NCBI GenBank assembly: GCA_965224535.1
Contig: CBDCZR010000019.1
Span: forward strand, 271,527 to 335,526
DNA: 64,000 nucleotides
Source: Verrucomicrobiales bacterium
Lineage (GTDB): Bacteria > Verrucomicrobiota > Verrucomicrobiia > Verrucomicrobiales > DEV007
Direction of reading: 5' to 3'
The translations under genes were made by a program, and so were the position numbers. The notes below the pieces were generated by a model, which was given only the letters and a program-made list of their open reading frames with translations, had not been told where the DNA came from and ran no database searches. Positions 10,334-19,914 of the stretch are shown in pieces; within the stretch, counting starts at the first letter, position 1, and each line of letters opens with the position of its first letter.

Positions 10334-10747
10334 ATGCGACTGCCATTCTTCAAGCCGAATCGTTTTGAACCAGACTTCCCGATCATCCCCTTGTTCACCA
10401 CCGAGGAGGAAGCTCGCCAATTGCTCAATCAGCATGCCGAAGTGGAGGAGGAAGGTCCTGAGAGTGATTCAACGATCGCGCAAAAGCTCTTGGTCGCCCA
10501 GACACCCGAAACCCGAATCACGGCAGGAATCTGGGATGGGCGCGTTCGATTCACGAATTATCTGACCGAGCACTTCAACAAGAACGACAATTTGAAGGGA
10601 AAGAAGCTGGGTTGGTTCGTCGAGTATTATGGCGGCTCACAGGAATTTGAAGAACCGATGACACGGATACATGATCTTCTGGCGCAATCCCAAGAAGAAG
10701 ATCAGGATTGTATTTGGGCTGCATATGGGCCCAGTTCGAATCATTGA
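10334..10747 (+). CDS. hypothetical protein (acidic, no motif) in a locally lower-GC stretch
   Basis: 137-aa ORF with protein-like composition; the stretch from about 10200 to 10800 is visibly more AT-rich than its flanks. Confidence 0.35.
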   Translation: MRLPFFKPNRFEPDFPIIPLFTTEEEARQLLNQHAEVEEEGPESDSTIAQKLLVAQTPETRITAGIWDGRVRFTNYLTEHFNKNDNLKGKKLGWFVEYYGGSQEFEEPMTRIHDLLAQSQEEDQDCIWAAYGPSSNH

Positions 10748-10803
10748 CGAAGACCCGGAGCACTGGCCAGAACCTGAAAACAAAGAAGCCTAACAAATCA
10801 GCT

Positions 10804-11685
10804 ATGGCCGACGACGAAGAAAAATCCGACAAAATCCGGGTCAGCGCCTACGAATTGATGACCCTGCTAGGTTCGGTGAAACCTTGCCTCTCCCAGAAAT
10901 TCAAGGACATCCTGGACGAAGAACGCGCCAAGCCGGAGTACGCGGAATATTCCGAAGAACAGGCCTGGGGCCTGGCGTTTCGCTACCTGGCAACCCAACG
11001 GCAGGATTCCTTCGACCTGCGCAACAAGGATGACGCGGTCGCCTTGCGCCTGATGCCCTATTTTTTGGGCGAAGACGGGTTGCCCGTCGATAAAAAGGCA
11101 TTGTTCAAGCGGTTCGAACCTGAGAACGCCCGACTCGATCTGCACGACAAAGGCGACCACGCGATGATGGAGATCAGTTCCTGTGACGGCGACCGCGAAT
11201 ACCAAACCACCATGCGCATGGACAAGAACGATCCCGACAAAAAGCCGTCCTACACCACCCAATTCATCGGCGGCGACCGCACGCGGGACCTGACCGGGAA
11301 CCAAATCGACGAAAAGCTGCGAATTTTGAAGATGAAGGTGCTGGAAACCGAGGATTTCCGCGTGTCCTTCGAGCACTACGTGGCTGAGTTCGCCGAAGAC
11401 GAGGAATTCATGGAACTGGGCCGCTCCTCCACCAAAGCGCCGCGGCTCAGGGCCCAATTGCGCAATATTTCCAAGCGCCTGTTTCCGGATGGCAACCACA
11501 AGGTCACTCAATTCCGGCTAAAGCACCTGGCCAACCATCGTTTCGTGCACGGCACGGCCCTTGTCAGCGGCCGGCGAACCATGCTCTTCTTTTTTCAGGA
11601 TACGGGATTTGGGATGGGCGCGTTGGAGGACTTTGTGGGCACTCACTACGTGCGTCTCACCATCGCCGCCAAGCCGGAGGACTGA
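10804..11685 (+). CDS. hypothetical protein
   Basis: ATG at 10804 (MADDEEKSDKIRV...). Varied composition, whereas the antisense ORF 10867..11511 is L/V/G-rich junk. Confidence 0.45.
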   Translation: MADDEEKSDKIRVSAYELMTLLGSVKPCLSQKFKDILDEERAKPEYAEYSEEQAWGLAFRYLATQRQDSFDLRNKDDAVALRLMPYFLGEDGLPVDKKALFKRFEPENARLDLHDKGDHAMMEISSCDGDREYQTTMRMDKNDPDKKPSYTTQFIGGDRTRDLTGNQIDEKLRILKMKVLETEDFRVSFEHYVAEFAEDEEFMELGRSSTKAPRLRAQLRNISKRLFPDGNHKVTQFRLKHLANHRFVHGTALVSGRRTMLFFFQDTGFGMGALEDFVGTHYVRLTIAAKPED

Positions 11686-11696
11686 GGTTGCTCGCC

Positions 11697-11775
11697 GGTC
11701 AGATGATCTCCGCGATTGGCCGCCCCTCGTCCAACAAATGCACCGGCCGGCCGGTGAAATCCTCGAACGTGACCT
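11697..11775. repeat. 79-bp direct repeat, copy 1; a duplicated copy of the 3' end of the DUF1501 gene at 12863..14194
   Basis: 78 of 79 nt identical to 12861..12939 (single difference tccaac versus tctaac). Confidence 0.9.
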
Positions 11776-12421
11776 AGTAGATCTTGGCCAATTCTCCGCG
11801 TCGCTGCCGCTCAAAGTGACACTCGGCAATGCCGTTGGGTTGGTGGTTTCCTCCAGGGGGCCGTTTGAGCTTCAAATTGGGCAAATCCTCCGGAAACGCC
11901 AAAAGCTCGCAAAGTAGTGACTGCGCCTCTGACGAGGCATTCGCGGTCAGCAGTCGAATCAGGCCAAGGAGCCGCGACCGGAAAAGAATCAGCGACCTTC
12001 GATTCAATTGGCACATTTCGATGAGCCGTACCCCTTCGACGCTCGAAGCCGCCAGAGTGCCATCATCCTGAAGCTGCAGGTGGCGATTCAATTCCTGGTG
12101 CTCGGGATCCAAGGGCAATTCGCGATCTTGGCGGGCGGCATTGCAGGTGCAACAGGCGTAGAGGAGGTTTCCGTAGACGCAGATCAAATCCGCGCGGATA
12201 GTGCGAGGGATGCGATGTTCGACGCTGAACGCGCGTTCGCCGTTGGCATCCCATCGCCCGCGGCACAGGCAGTAGACACAACGAAAGGAGAATTCATCTC
12301 GCAGCCATGGTTTGAACGATTGCGGATTTTCGTAGCCGGCCGGTCCATGTTTCCGGTGTTGGGGACGTTCCGGATACCGAAACAACCTGGCAGCGACGGT
12401 TTCCAGCGTTTGTCCATTCAT
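11774..12421 (-). CDS. HNH endonuclease-family protein
   Basis: Motifs CVYCLCRG ... FSVEHRIPRT ... NLLYACCTCNAARQD (CxxC...H...CxxCN). ATG at 12421 overlaps the upstream gene's stop as ATGA. The stop codon abuts the end of repeat copy 1. Confidence 0.65.
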   Translation of the reverse strand: MNGQTLETVAARLFRYPERPQHRKHGPAGYENPQSFKPWLRDEFSFRCVYCLCRGRWDANGERAFSVEHRIPRTIRADLICVYGNLLYACCTCNAARQDRELPLDPEHQELNRHLQLQDDGTLAASSVEGVRLIEMCQLNRRSLILFRSRLLGLIRLLTANASSEAQSLLCELLAFPEDLPNLKLKRPPGGNHQPNGIAECHFERQRRGELAKIY

Positions 12422-12789
12422 CCATTTGCGGTGGGTTTCAACACCTGAGCCACACGCTCTTCGAACTGGTCGAGCCAATCCAGCTTTCCGCGATCGATGA
12501 CTTCAAGTTCCGTTTCGGAGAGGGCTTGAAGCGCGGCTAGTTCCCGGGTTTCTGGCTCGGTCAGACCACGATCATACTTTTGGTCGATCAGGTCCAGACG
12601 CCGACAGTTGAGTTCATCATTGGTAGGCCGATTGGGAGGTTGGGTAGCTTCGGTCAAAATCCATTTTGCCCACTGATCCCACGGAACGGCACGCGATTCC
12701 GCCTGGGAACGGAGGGCATCCAACAACTGGTCATCGATGGCAAGGGTCGCACCAATGTCGCACCTTAGAAGAGCGCTGGAAATATGCAA
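12418..12789 (-). CDS. ribbon-helix-helix (CopG/antitoxin-like) protein, translationally coupled to the HNH gene
   Basis: ATLAIDDQLLDALRSQAESRAVPWDQWAKWILTEA fits a beta-strand plus two helices RHH fold. Confidence 0.45.
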   Translation of the reverse strand: MHISSALLRCDIGATLAIDDQLLDALRSQAESRAVPWDQWAKWILTEATQPPNRPTNDELNCRRLDLIDQKYDRGLTEPETRELAALQALSETELEVIDRGKLDWLDQFEERVAQVLKPTANG

Positions 12790-12860
12790 ATTCCTGAAAG
12801 GAGCCTCGAAGAATCACTCAAGGCCCAAATCGACCGGCTAGCCGCAGGCGAGTGTGACGC

Positions 12861-12939
12861 GGTCAGATGATCTCCGCGATTGGCCGCCCCTCGTCTAACA
12901 AATGCACCGGCCGGCCGGTGAAATCCTCGAACGTGACCT
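12861..12939. repeat. 79-bp direct repeat, copy 2; the native in-frame 3' end of the DUF1501 gene
   Basis: Encodes the C-terminus ...VTFEDFTGRPVHLLDEGRPIAEII followed by the stop. Confidence 0.9.
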
Positions 12940-14194
12940 TGCGGTGATCGATTCCCAGCACGTGGTAGATGGTCGCCAGCACGTCGCTGGGTTTCAGCGG
13001 CCGTTCGACGGGGTGCTGGGCTTTGGAATTCGTCGCGCCGATGACTTGGCCCGTTTTTAACCCGCCACCGGCCAAAACCACGCTCATGGCGTTGCCCCAG
13101 TGATCGCGGCCGGGAATGGGGATGCCGGGTTGGCCGGAATTCAGCTTCGGGGTGCGGCCAAATTCGCCCATGATGACGACCAACACGTCGTCGAGCATTC
13201 CGCGGTCGCTCAAATCCTGCATCAGTCCGCCAACGGCCAGGTCCAGGTAGGGCAGGCGATCTTCCATGGCCACCTTGATCTTGGAGTGATTGTCCCAGTG
13301 CGGCATGTCCACGGTTACGAAGCGCACGCCGGCTTCCACCACGCGGCGGGCCATGAGGGTATAGTGGCCCCAGGGTCCCCGGCCGTAGGAATCGCGAATT
13401 TTCGGGTCCTCCTTCTCCATGTCGAAGGCTTCGCGGGCGCGGCTGCCCATGATCATGTCCACCGCGTTTTGGTTGAACTGATCCATCGTGTCCATCAAGC
13501 CGCTTTGGTCCAGCCGGCGGTTGAGTTGATCCAGCGAGCCAAGCAAATTCATCCGCGAAGAGGTCCGGTCCACGTCACCGGAGACGTTGTCGAGAAACGT
13601 CGGGGCCTTGATCGCGGGCGTGTACCTCCCGGCCAGGTATTTTTGCTTCATGTTCACCTGAAACGGGTCGTAGGCCGGTCCCAGGTAAGCGCCGCCCATG
13701 TATCCCGGGTAAATGTAGACGCTGTGCGCCGCCGGCAGGCCCACGTAGGCCGGCATGCCTGTTTTCACCGAGCCTTTCAGCTTGGACACGCAGGAGCCCA
13801 CGGACGGGTACATCTGCGCCTTGTTTGCCGCGGAACTGCCGAAACGGCCCGTCAGCATCCAGTGCGCGGCGGCAAAGTGGTCCCCGTTGTTGTGGTGGAC
13901 GGAGCGCAAGAAGCACATTTTGTCGGCATGCTTGGCGTGATGCGGTAGCATTTCGGAAATGCGGATGCCCGGCACGTTGGTGGGCATGTCTCCCCAAGGG
14001 CCGCGATACTCGCTGGGAGCGCCCGGTTTGGGATCGTAAGTTTCCAACTGGCTGGGTCCGCCGTCCAGCCACAGCAAAATCACGGATTTTCCGTTGTCGG
14101 CGGTTTGCGCTTCGGCTTGCAATTTGGCCAAATTCGCGCTGGTGAGGCCAAATGCGCTCAATGCGCCGGCTTTCAACGCAGTGCGGCGAGTCAT
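12863..14194 (-). CDS. DUF1501 domain protein (sulfatase-like fold, Tat signal)
   Basis: MTRRTALKAGALSAFG twin-arginine leader; HWDNHSKI..., DHWG..., GEFGRTP motifs typical of DUF1501. Confidence 0.85.
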   Translation of the reverse strand: MTRRTALKAGALSAFGLTSANLAKLQAEAQTADNGKSVILLWLDGGPSQLETYDPKPGAPSEYRGPWGDMPTNVPGIRISEMLPHHAKHADKMCFLRSVHHNNGDHFAAAHWMLTGRFGSSAANKAQMYPSVGSCVSKLKGSVKTGMPAYVGLPAAHSVYIYPGYMGGAYLGPAYDPFQVNMKQKYLAGRYTPAIKAPTFLDNVSGDVDRTSSRMNLLGSLDQLNRRLDQSGLMDTMDQFNQNAVDMIMGSRAREAFDMEKEDPKIRDSYGRGPWGHYTLMARRVVEAGVRFVTVDMPHWDNHSKIKVAMEDRLPYLDLAVGGLMQDLSDRGMLDDVLVVIMGEFGRTPKLNSGQPGIPIPGRDHWGNAMSVVLAGGGLKTGQVIGATNSKAQHPVERPLKPSDVLATIYHVLGIDHRKVTFEDFTGRPVHLLDEGRPIAEII

Positions 14195-14410
14195 GCCCTG
14201 GCAATTGCGGCCAGCGCGGGTTGAGGGGTTAGAGATGGTGAGCATAGCTTGTTTCTCCCGGGGTTTTCCCCTACACGTCGGGAGAAATCACCCCCTTTCA
14301 AGTCGCGGAACGCGCAAAATTTCGGGAACTGGCTTGGGGGGCGCAGAAAAATCCTTGGCAGGGCGAATTTCCCCCCTTATGTCAGCGGGGTTAACGCGAT
14401 ATTTCCCACG

Positions 14411-15451
14411 ATGAGTCTCACCCAAAAGAAACTGGTCAACGATCCCCTGAAAGTCGCCGACGAGCTGCTCGACGGCTTGGTGGAAGCTTACGACGGCGAG
14501 TGCGCCAAGGTCGGCAAACGCTCCATCGTCAAGACAAACATCCCGGACGGCAAGGTGGCCTTGTTAGTCGGCGGCGGCAGCGGTCACGAGCCCGTTTACC
14601 ACGGTCTGGTGGGGCGAAATTTGGCCGATGGCGCGGCTTGCGGCGACATTTTCGCGGCGCCGACCCCGGACATCGTCCTGGAAGCGACGCAGGCGGTCAA
14701 TAAGGGCAACGGCGTGCTGTTTTTGTACGGAAATTACGCCGGCGACGTCATGAATTTCGACATCGGCGCTGAAGATGCCGAGGATGCCGGAATCGATGTG
14801 CGCACCGTGCTGATTTGGGACGACGTTTGCTCCGCGCCGCCCACGGAGAAGGGAAAACGGCGCGGAATCGCCGGTTTGGTGCCGATCGTGAAAATGGCCG
14901 GCGCGGCTTCGCAAACCGCCACCTCGCTGGATCAGCTGGAAGCCGCGGCGAAGAAGGCGGTGCTGCAAACCCGCTCGGTCGGCGTCTCCATGAGTCCGGG
15001 GTCGATTCCGGCGACCGGCAAGGCCACGTTCGAGATCGACGACGACAAGATCGGCCTCGGCATGGGCATCCACGGCGAGCCCGGCGTGGCCGAAATTCCG
15101 ATGACCACGGCCGACGACTTGACGCCGAAGATGCTCGACCTGATTTTCAAGGACTTCGAGGACGACGCCGAGGTCGAACCGCTCAAGGCCGGCGACGAAA
15201 TCGTGCTTTTCGTCAACAGCCTCGGTTCCACGACGATGATGGAGTGCCTGATCTGTCTGCGCAAAGCCAAGGAAATCCTCAACGCGCGAGGTATCCGGGT
15301 TTACGACACGGTGGTGGGCCCGTTGGTGACGTGTCAGGAAATGAGCGGCATTTCCTTCAGCATCACGCGCCTGGACGACGAGTTGAAAAGTTACTGGAAT
15401 CCGGCCTGCGAATCAGTCTGTTTCAGCAAAATGGAGACCGTTTCGGCCTGA
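14411..15451 (+). CDS. dhaK: dihydroxyacetone kinase, DhaK subunit
   Basis: KKLVNDPLKVADELLDGLVEAY..., GKVALLVGGGSGHEPVYHG, GDIFAAP are DhaK signatures; ATG at 14411. Confidence 0.9.
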   Translation: MSLTQKKLVNDPLKVADELLDGLVEAYDGECAKVGKRSIVKTNIPDGKVALLVGGGSGHEPVYHGLVGRNLADGAACGDIFAAPTPDIVLEATQAVNKGNGVLFLYGNYAGDVMNFDIGAEDAEDAGIDVRTVLIWDDVCSAPPTEKGKRRGIAGLVPIVKMAGAASQTATSLDQLEAAAKKAVLQTRSVGVSMSPGSIPATGKATFEIDDDKIGLGMGIHGEPGVAEIPMTTADDLTPKMLDLIFKDFEDDAEVEPLKAGDEIVLFVNSLGSTTMMECLICLRKAKEILNARGIRVYDTVVGPLVTCQEMSGISFSITRLDDELKSYWNPACESVCFSKMETVSA

Positions 15452-15505
15452 CGGCGCGAAACGGAGTTTTCAGTGTCAAATTTTCAGTTTTAAGTCTCTC
15501 AAACC

Positions 15506-16138
15506 ATGGCCAAAGAAACGCTCGATACCGCTCAAACCAAGGAAATGCTGCTTCAGGTGGCCGACGCCATCATTGCCGCCGAACCCGAGCTTTCCCAAGC
15601 CGACCGCGATTTGGGCGACGGCGATCACGGGCTCGGAATGTCGCGCGGAATGACCGCGGCGAAGGAAGCGCTGGAAGCGGGTCAATTTTCGACCGTCGAT
15701 GAGCCGCTCGTCGCCACCGGCCAGGCGATGATGTCGTCGATGGGCGGAGCTTCGGGCGTCGTTTTCGGCACGGTGTTTCGCGGCGGCCGGGCGCTGAAAG
15801 GCAGCGAAAGCCTGGATTCCGCGGGATTAGCCGCCTGGTTGCAATCCGCGGCCGAAGGCGTGATGAAACGCGGCGGCGCAAAGCCCGGCGACAAGACGAT
15901 GATCGACGCCCTGGTCCCCGCCGCGGAAAAAGCGGCCGAATTCGCCGCCCAACGTCTCCCCGACGCGATTTCCGCCGTCGCCGAGGCTGCCGAAGCCGGC
16001 AAAGAAGCCAGCAAAGAGATGGTCGCCTCCATGGGCCGCGCCAAAACGCTCGGCGAGCGCTCCGTAGGGTTCCCGGACGCCGGCGCGCTCTCCATGACCA
16101 TCATTTTTGGCACGATGCGCGACTACGTTTGCGGGTGA
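15506..16138 (+). CDS. dhaL: dihydroxyacetone kinase, DhaL (ADP-binding) subunit
   Basis: DRDLGDGDHGLGMSRG motif; 210 aa; 55 bp downstream of dhaK. Confidence 0.85.
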   Translation: MAKETLDTAQTKEMLLQVADAIIAAEPELSQADRDLGDGDHGLGMSRGMTAAKEALEAGQFSTVDEPLVATGQAMMSSMGGASGVVFGTVFRGGRALKGSESLDSAGLAAWLQSAAEGVMKRGGAKPGDKTMIDALVPAAEKAAEFAAQRLPDAISAVAEAAEAGKEASKEMVASMGRAKTLGERSVGFPDAGALSMTIIFGTMRDYVCG

Positions 16139-16192
16139 ATAAGGTGAAAGGTCCGCCGGGCCTCCCGATTGATCCGCACACCGTGAGCCGGA

Positions 16193-16924
16193 TCAATCAA
16201 GCAGCGGCACCGTATTTGATTCATCGGCCAAACCGCCGGGCAATTCCATGATTCGGAGCTTGCGAAAATGGATTTCGGCTCCTTCCGATTCCAAACAGAG
16301 ATAGCCTTTCCTAAACGATGTGTCCCGAATGCCATTGACGAATTTTCCGTTCACGGAAAGTTTCACGATTCCGTCCACTGCCACAACCACATACCGATTC
16401 CATTCACCATGCGGTTTGCAGCGATTCTCCAAGGACTGGCTGCGACTCCCTCTCGGATTTTCGGGTGTAGCCGTCATCCCTCCCGCACCAAAAAGTTCGC
16501 CGTGAACATAGGCGATGGGCGGCAAGCTGCCGTCTTTGCGTTTGTTGAGTTTGGGCCAATCCAGCTCTAACATTTGCACTTCCAACCCAAGCGGAAGGCG
16601 GTTCCCGTTTGGGGTGGCATCGCTCCAAAGAAACACCCCGGAGTTTCCGCCCGGCTCCATATGACGCCATTCCACGACGAGGATAAAGTTCTCATATTGC
16701 CGGTCGGAACGCATTACCCCGATGGGATGACCGGTGCAAACGAGCATTCCGTCGCGCACGGACCAGGTTTCTGGCGAGGTGTTTACGTCGATCCAACCGG
16801 AGAGATCTTTCCCGTTGAAAAGATCAACAAAGGCGGGCTCGACGCCCTCTTCCTCCTGGCCGGTACACAATGAGGTGCATGCAAAAAACGTAAGGAGAGC
16901 GATAGCGGAAAGAAGGGGATTCAT
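16193..16924 (-). CDS. DUF1080 (3-keto-disaccharide hydrolase-like, LamG-fold) secreted protein
   Basis: Signal peptide [16 protein letters not shown], then FNGKDLSGW...W.VRDGML...GNSGVFLW...GEWNRYVV...FRKLRIMEL, all DUF1080 hallmarks. The ORF-track N-terminal extension is rejected. Confidence 0.8.
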   Translation of the reverse strand: MNPLLSAIALLTFFACTSLCTGQEEEGVEPAFVDLFNGKDLSGWIDVNTSPETWSVRDGMLVCTGHPIGVMRSDRQYENFILVVEWRHMEPGGNSGVFLWSDATPNGNRLPLGLEVQMLELDWPKLNKRKDGSLPPIAYVHGELFGAGGMTATPENPRGSRSQSLENRCKPHGEWNRYVVVAVDGIVKLSVNGKFVNGIRDTSFRKGYLCLESEGAEIHFRKLRIMELPGGLADESNTVPLLD

Positions 16925-16939
16925 TTTCTGTGTAGTTGG

Positions 16940-18646
16940 ATGATGTCTGTTTTCCTGATCGTGTATCGTCATGCAAAGCCGATCCTTTGCCTGGCGGTTT
17001 TGTGGGCGTGTTTGGTCGCAGCCGACGCCAAGGACACGGAGCGGCGACCCAATATCGTTCTCATTTTGGCCGATGATTTGGGCTATTCCGACCTGGGTTG
17101 TTATGGCGGCGAAATTACCACGCCGAATTTGGATGCCTTGGCGGCAGGCGGATTGCGGATGACTCAGCTCTACAACACGGCTCGCTGTTGTTCCACCCGC
17201 GCTTCGCTTCTGACCGGATTGTATCCCCATCAAGCCGGCGTAGGCGCGATGACGGCGGATCTTGGTTTGCCCGGTTACCGCGGTTTCCTGACCGATCGAT
17301 CCGCCACCGTGGCCACTGTTTTGCGCGAAGCAGGCTACCAAACATTCCTCTCCGGTAAATGGCATCTGCGCGGAGCGGGCGATCCTGACTGCATTCCCAC
17401 CAACCGCGGGTTTGACCGGTTCTACGGTCACTTCAAGGCCTATGCCAGCTTCTATCGGCCAGACCTCTTCGTCCATTTACCAGCTCATAAGAATTCCGAG
17501 CCCAACGACCCGAATTTCTATGCAACCAACGCAATCACGGATCAAGCCCTCCGGTTCATCAACCAGGCCCGGCATGCTGATTCGAGTTCCCCCTACTTTC
17601 TCTATCTCGCCTACAACGCACCGCATTTTCCGTTGCACGCTCCCAAGGATTTGATCGATAAATGGGTGAAGCAATATGTAGACGGATGGGACGCGTTGCG
17701 TCTCGCCCGCCATCGTCGCATGATAGAAATGGGAATCGTCTCCCGACAGACAACACTTACCCCGCGCGGACATGTCACAGAAGTCCCCAATCGCAATCGC
17801 GATTCTCCTTATTACGGAAAGCAGATCCCGGCTTGGAACAGTCTACCGGAAGATCGCCGTCGTGATCTGGCCCGGCGCATGGCAACCTATGCAGCCATGG
17901 TGGAAATCATGGATCGCAATATAGGCCGAGTCGTGAATGATCTGCGTGAGAATGATGAGCTGGATAATACCTTAATCGTGTTTCTTTCCGACAACGGAGC
18001 ATGCGCGGAGTGGGATCCTTATGGCTTTGACAACAACCCCTATCCGACCAACAAACTCTATCGTGACGAGGAACTGGATGAGATCGGACAACCGGGCACC
18101 TTTCATAGTTACGGCACGGGTTGGGCCAATGCTTGCAACACGCCGTTTCGGCTCTACAAACACTACTGCCATGAAGGCGGTATTTCCGCTCCCTGCATTG
18201 TCCATTGGCCGGATCGAATCGAGCGGGCCGGAGAAATCGATCGTCAACCGGCTCACCTCGTGGATTTATCGGCCACACTACTGGATGCGGGCGGTGGAAC
18301 TTATCTTAACGCGCCGGATGTTCTTCCCGCGGCCGGCATCAGTTTGTTGCCGATTTGGGAGAGATCTGAGGTATTGCGGGAGCGCCCGCTCTATTTTGAA
18401 CACGAAGGAAATCGCGCCATTCGGTTGGGAAAATGGAAAGCTGTTTGGACAAATTTCAATCGGCGGTGGGAGCTCTACGACATCTTGAGCGATCGGACGG
18501 AACTCGATAATTTGGCGGATCAGAACGCGGAGAGAGTCGGGCAGCTCAGTAAAATGTGGGATGAGTGGGCAGCGGCATCGTTCGTGGAAAATCGAAAGAT
18601 CGAGCCTCCCGCCGAGGGTATGCCGAAGATCTACTACATGAAATGA
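16940..18646 (+). CDS. sulfatase-family (arylsulfatase-like) protein with signal peptide and a variant active-site motif C-C-S-T-R
   Basis: [34 protein letters not shown]...[17 protein letters not shown] aligns to the canonical sulfatase N-terminus. Ser replaces the usual Pro of C-x-P-x-R. Confidence 0.85.
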   Translation: MMSVFLIVYRHAKPILCLAVLWACLVAADAKDTERRPNIVLILADDLGYSDLGCYGGEITTPNLDALAAGGLRMTQLYNTARCCSTRASLLTGLYPHQAGVGAMTADLGLPGYRGFLTDRSATVATVLREAGYQTFLSGKWHLRGAGDPDCIPTNRGFDRFYGHFKAYASFYRPDLFVHLPAHKNSEPNDPNFYATNAITDQALRFINQARHADSSSPYFLYLAYNAPHFPLHAPKDLIDKWVKQYVDGWDALRLARHRRMIEMGIVSRQTTLTPRGHVTEVPNRNRDSPYYGKQIPAWNSLPEDRRRDLARRMATYAAMVEIMDRNIGRVVNDLRENDELDNTLIVFLSDNGACAEWDPYGFDNNPYPTNKLYRDEELDEIGQPGTFHSYGTGWANACNTPFRLYKHYCHEGGISAPCIVHWPDRIERAGEIDRQPAHLVDLSATLLDAGGGTYLNAPDVLPAAGISLLPIWERSEVLRERPLYFEHEGNRAIRLGKWKAVWTNFNRRWELYDILSDRTELDNLADQNAERVGQLSKMWDEWAAASFVENRKIEPPAEGMPKIYYMK

Positions 18647-18886
18647 AACTTCTGCTGGTCGCGACCTGGGGGAGGACGTCAGACGAACGGAGAGGGTTTG
18701 TTTTAGCCGGAAGTGAACCCACCGGTTGCCTTGGGAGTAATTTAGTAGTTGATGGCAGTCGTCGGGCGAGGTTTACGGCTATGCTAGGGTCAGTCAAGGG
18801 CAAAACCGCTGTGACTGAAAGCGTCGGGCCAAAAGGGGGCGCTGGCTTCGGCCCCACAACCGGAGTTGGCGCAATTTGTCGGGGGT

Positions 18887-18910
18887 TGGCCGCAATTCGG
18901 CCCGTTTTTT
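18887..18910 (+). terminator. candidate rho-independent terminator (GGCCG-CAATT-CGGCC plus a T6 run) inside a 447-bp intergenic region
   Basis: Perfect 5-bp stem with a 5-nt loop, followed by cgTTTTTTgg; lies 240 bp downstream of the sulfatase stop. Confidence 0.35.
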
Positions 18911-19093
18911 GGCTCGCGGCACCCGCTATTGGGCCGTCGCAAACAATCTCGCCACGAACCTTGCACCTCATTGGGATTTTGCCGATCGTGGGGCCAAACC
19001 ATGATTGAAGTCCACGAAAACCGGAGATCGTCGAGCGCACCTTTTTGGGGCGACGCGCGCCAACGTTTGCGGGTGAAGCTTAGCATCCAGGTT

Positions 19094-19882
19094 ATGCGAT
19101 CGCTCGCCCTCCTCCCCTTCTTGCTCGGTATCGCCGGAGCGCAGAAAAAACTCGAAATTCGCCCAAATCCCGATGCCGAGTGGAACGCGCAGCCAGCTGA
19201 TGTTCGGGCCGTGTTTGATTCCGTTGCCGGCGAATTTGCCCCGCTCTTTCCGGGAATCGAAATCGACCCGATTTTGGTCGAACCCAAGGGCGGGCCGATC
19301 GTCTTGTTCCAGCGCGGCCCAAACAACGAGCACCAGGTTCGCCTCAGCACGGGTGGCCGGCTCTGGGCGCAGTATTCCTTCCAATTTTCGCACGAATTGT
19401 GCCACATCTATTGCCGCTACGACCGCGACGAGCACCCTAACAAATGGTTCGAGGAGTCAATCTGCGAATTGGCCTCACTTTTCGTCCTGCGCCGCATGGG
19501 CGAGACCTGGAAAACCAAGCCGCCCTACGGAAACTGGAAATCCTACGCCGGCGCGCTAACCAGCTACGCGCAGGATCGCATCGACGGGGTGGCGTTGCAG
19601 CGTTCCCGGCCGTTTTTGCCATGGTTTGAGCGGGAACGCGCCTCATTGGCGAAAGATTCCGGCCAGCGCCAAAAAAACACGGTCATTGCGTCCATGCTGC
19701 TGGAATTATTCGAGGCTCAGCCGCAAAATTGGGCGGCGGTGCACTACCTCAACGTCAGCGCGGGAACCCCCGAGCAAAATTTCGAAAAATACCTGCTGGA
19801 GTGGCGAAACAACGCGCCTTACCGGCACCACGAGTTTATCGAGAAAATTGCCTCGCGCTTTGGCGTGCGATTGGCGGAATGA
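19094..19882 (+). CDS. secreted HExxH zinc-metallopeptidase-like protein
   Basis: Signal peptide MRSLALLPFLLGIAGAQ; HELCH motif (FSHELCHIY); ATG at 19094. Confidence 0.55.
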   Translation: MRSLALLPFLLGIAGAQKKLEIRPNPDAEWNAQPADVRAVFDSVAGEFAPLFPGIEIDPILVEPKGGPIVLFQRGPNNEHQVRLSTGGRLWAQYSFQFSHELCHIYCRYDRDEHPNKWFEESICELASLFVLRRMGETWKTKPPYGNWKSYAGALTSYAQDRIDGVALQRSRPFLPWFERERASLAKDSGQRQKNTVIASMLLELFEAQPQNWAAVHYLNVSAGTPEQNFEKYLLEWRNNAPYRHHEFIEKIASRFGVRLAE

Positions 19883-19914
19883 GGCGCTGGGCGTTCTAAG
19901 TCGTGCAGCCTCTC

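Noticed and set aside
10867-11511. 214-aa minus-strand ORF
   Set aside because: It is antisense to the better-composed plus-strand hypothetical 10804..11685 and is L/V/G-rich.
13100-13948. 282-aa plus-strand ORF
   Set aside because: It is antisense to the DUF1501 gene, has H/V/G/A-rich junk composition, and contains no motif.
14815-15702. 295-aa Arg/Gly-rich plus-strand ORF
   Set aside because: It is an alternative frame within dhaK, which has unmistakable conserved motifs in its own frame.
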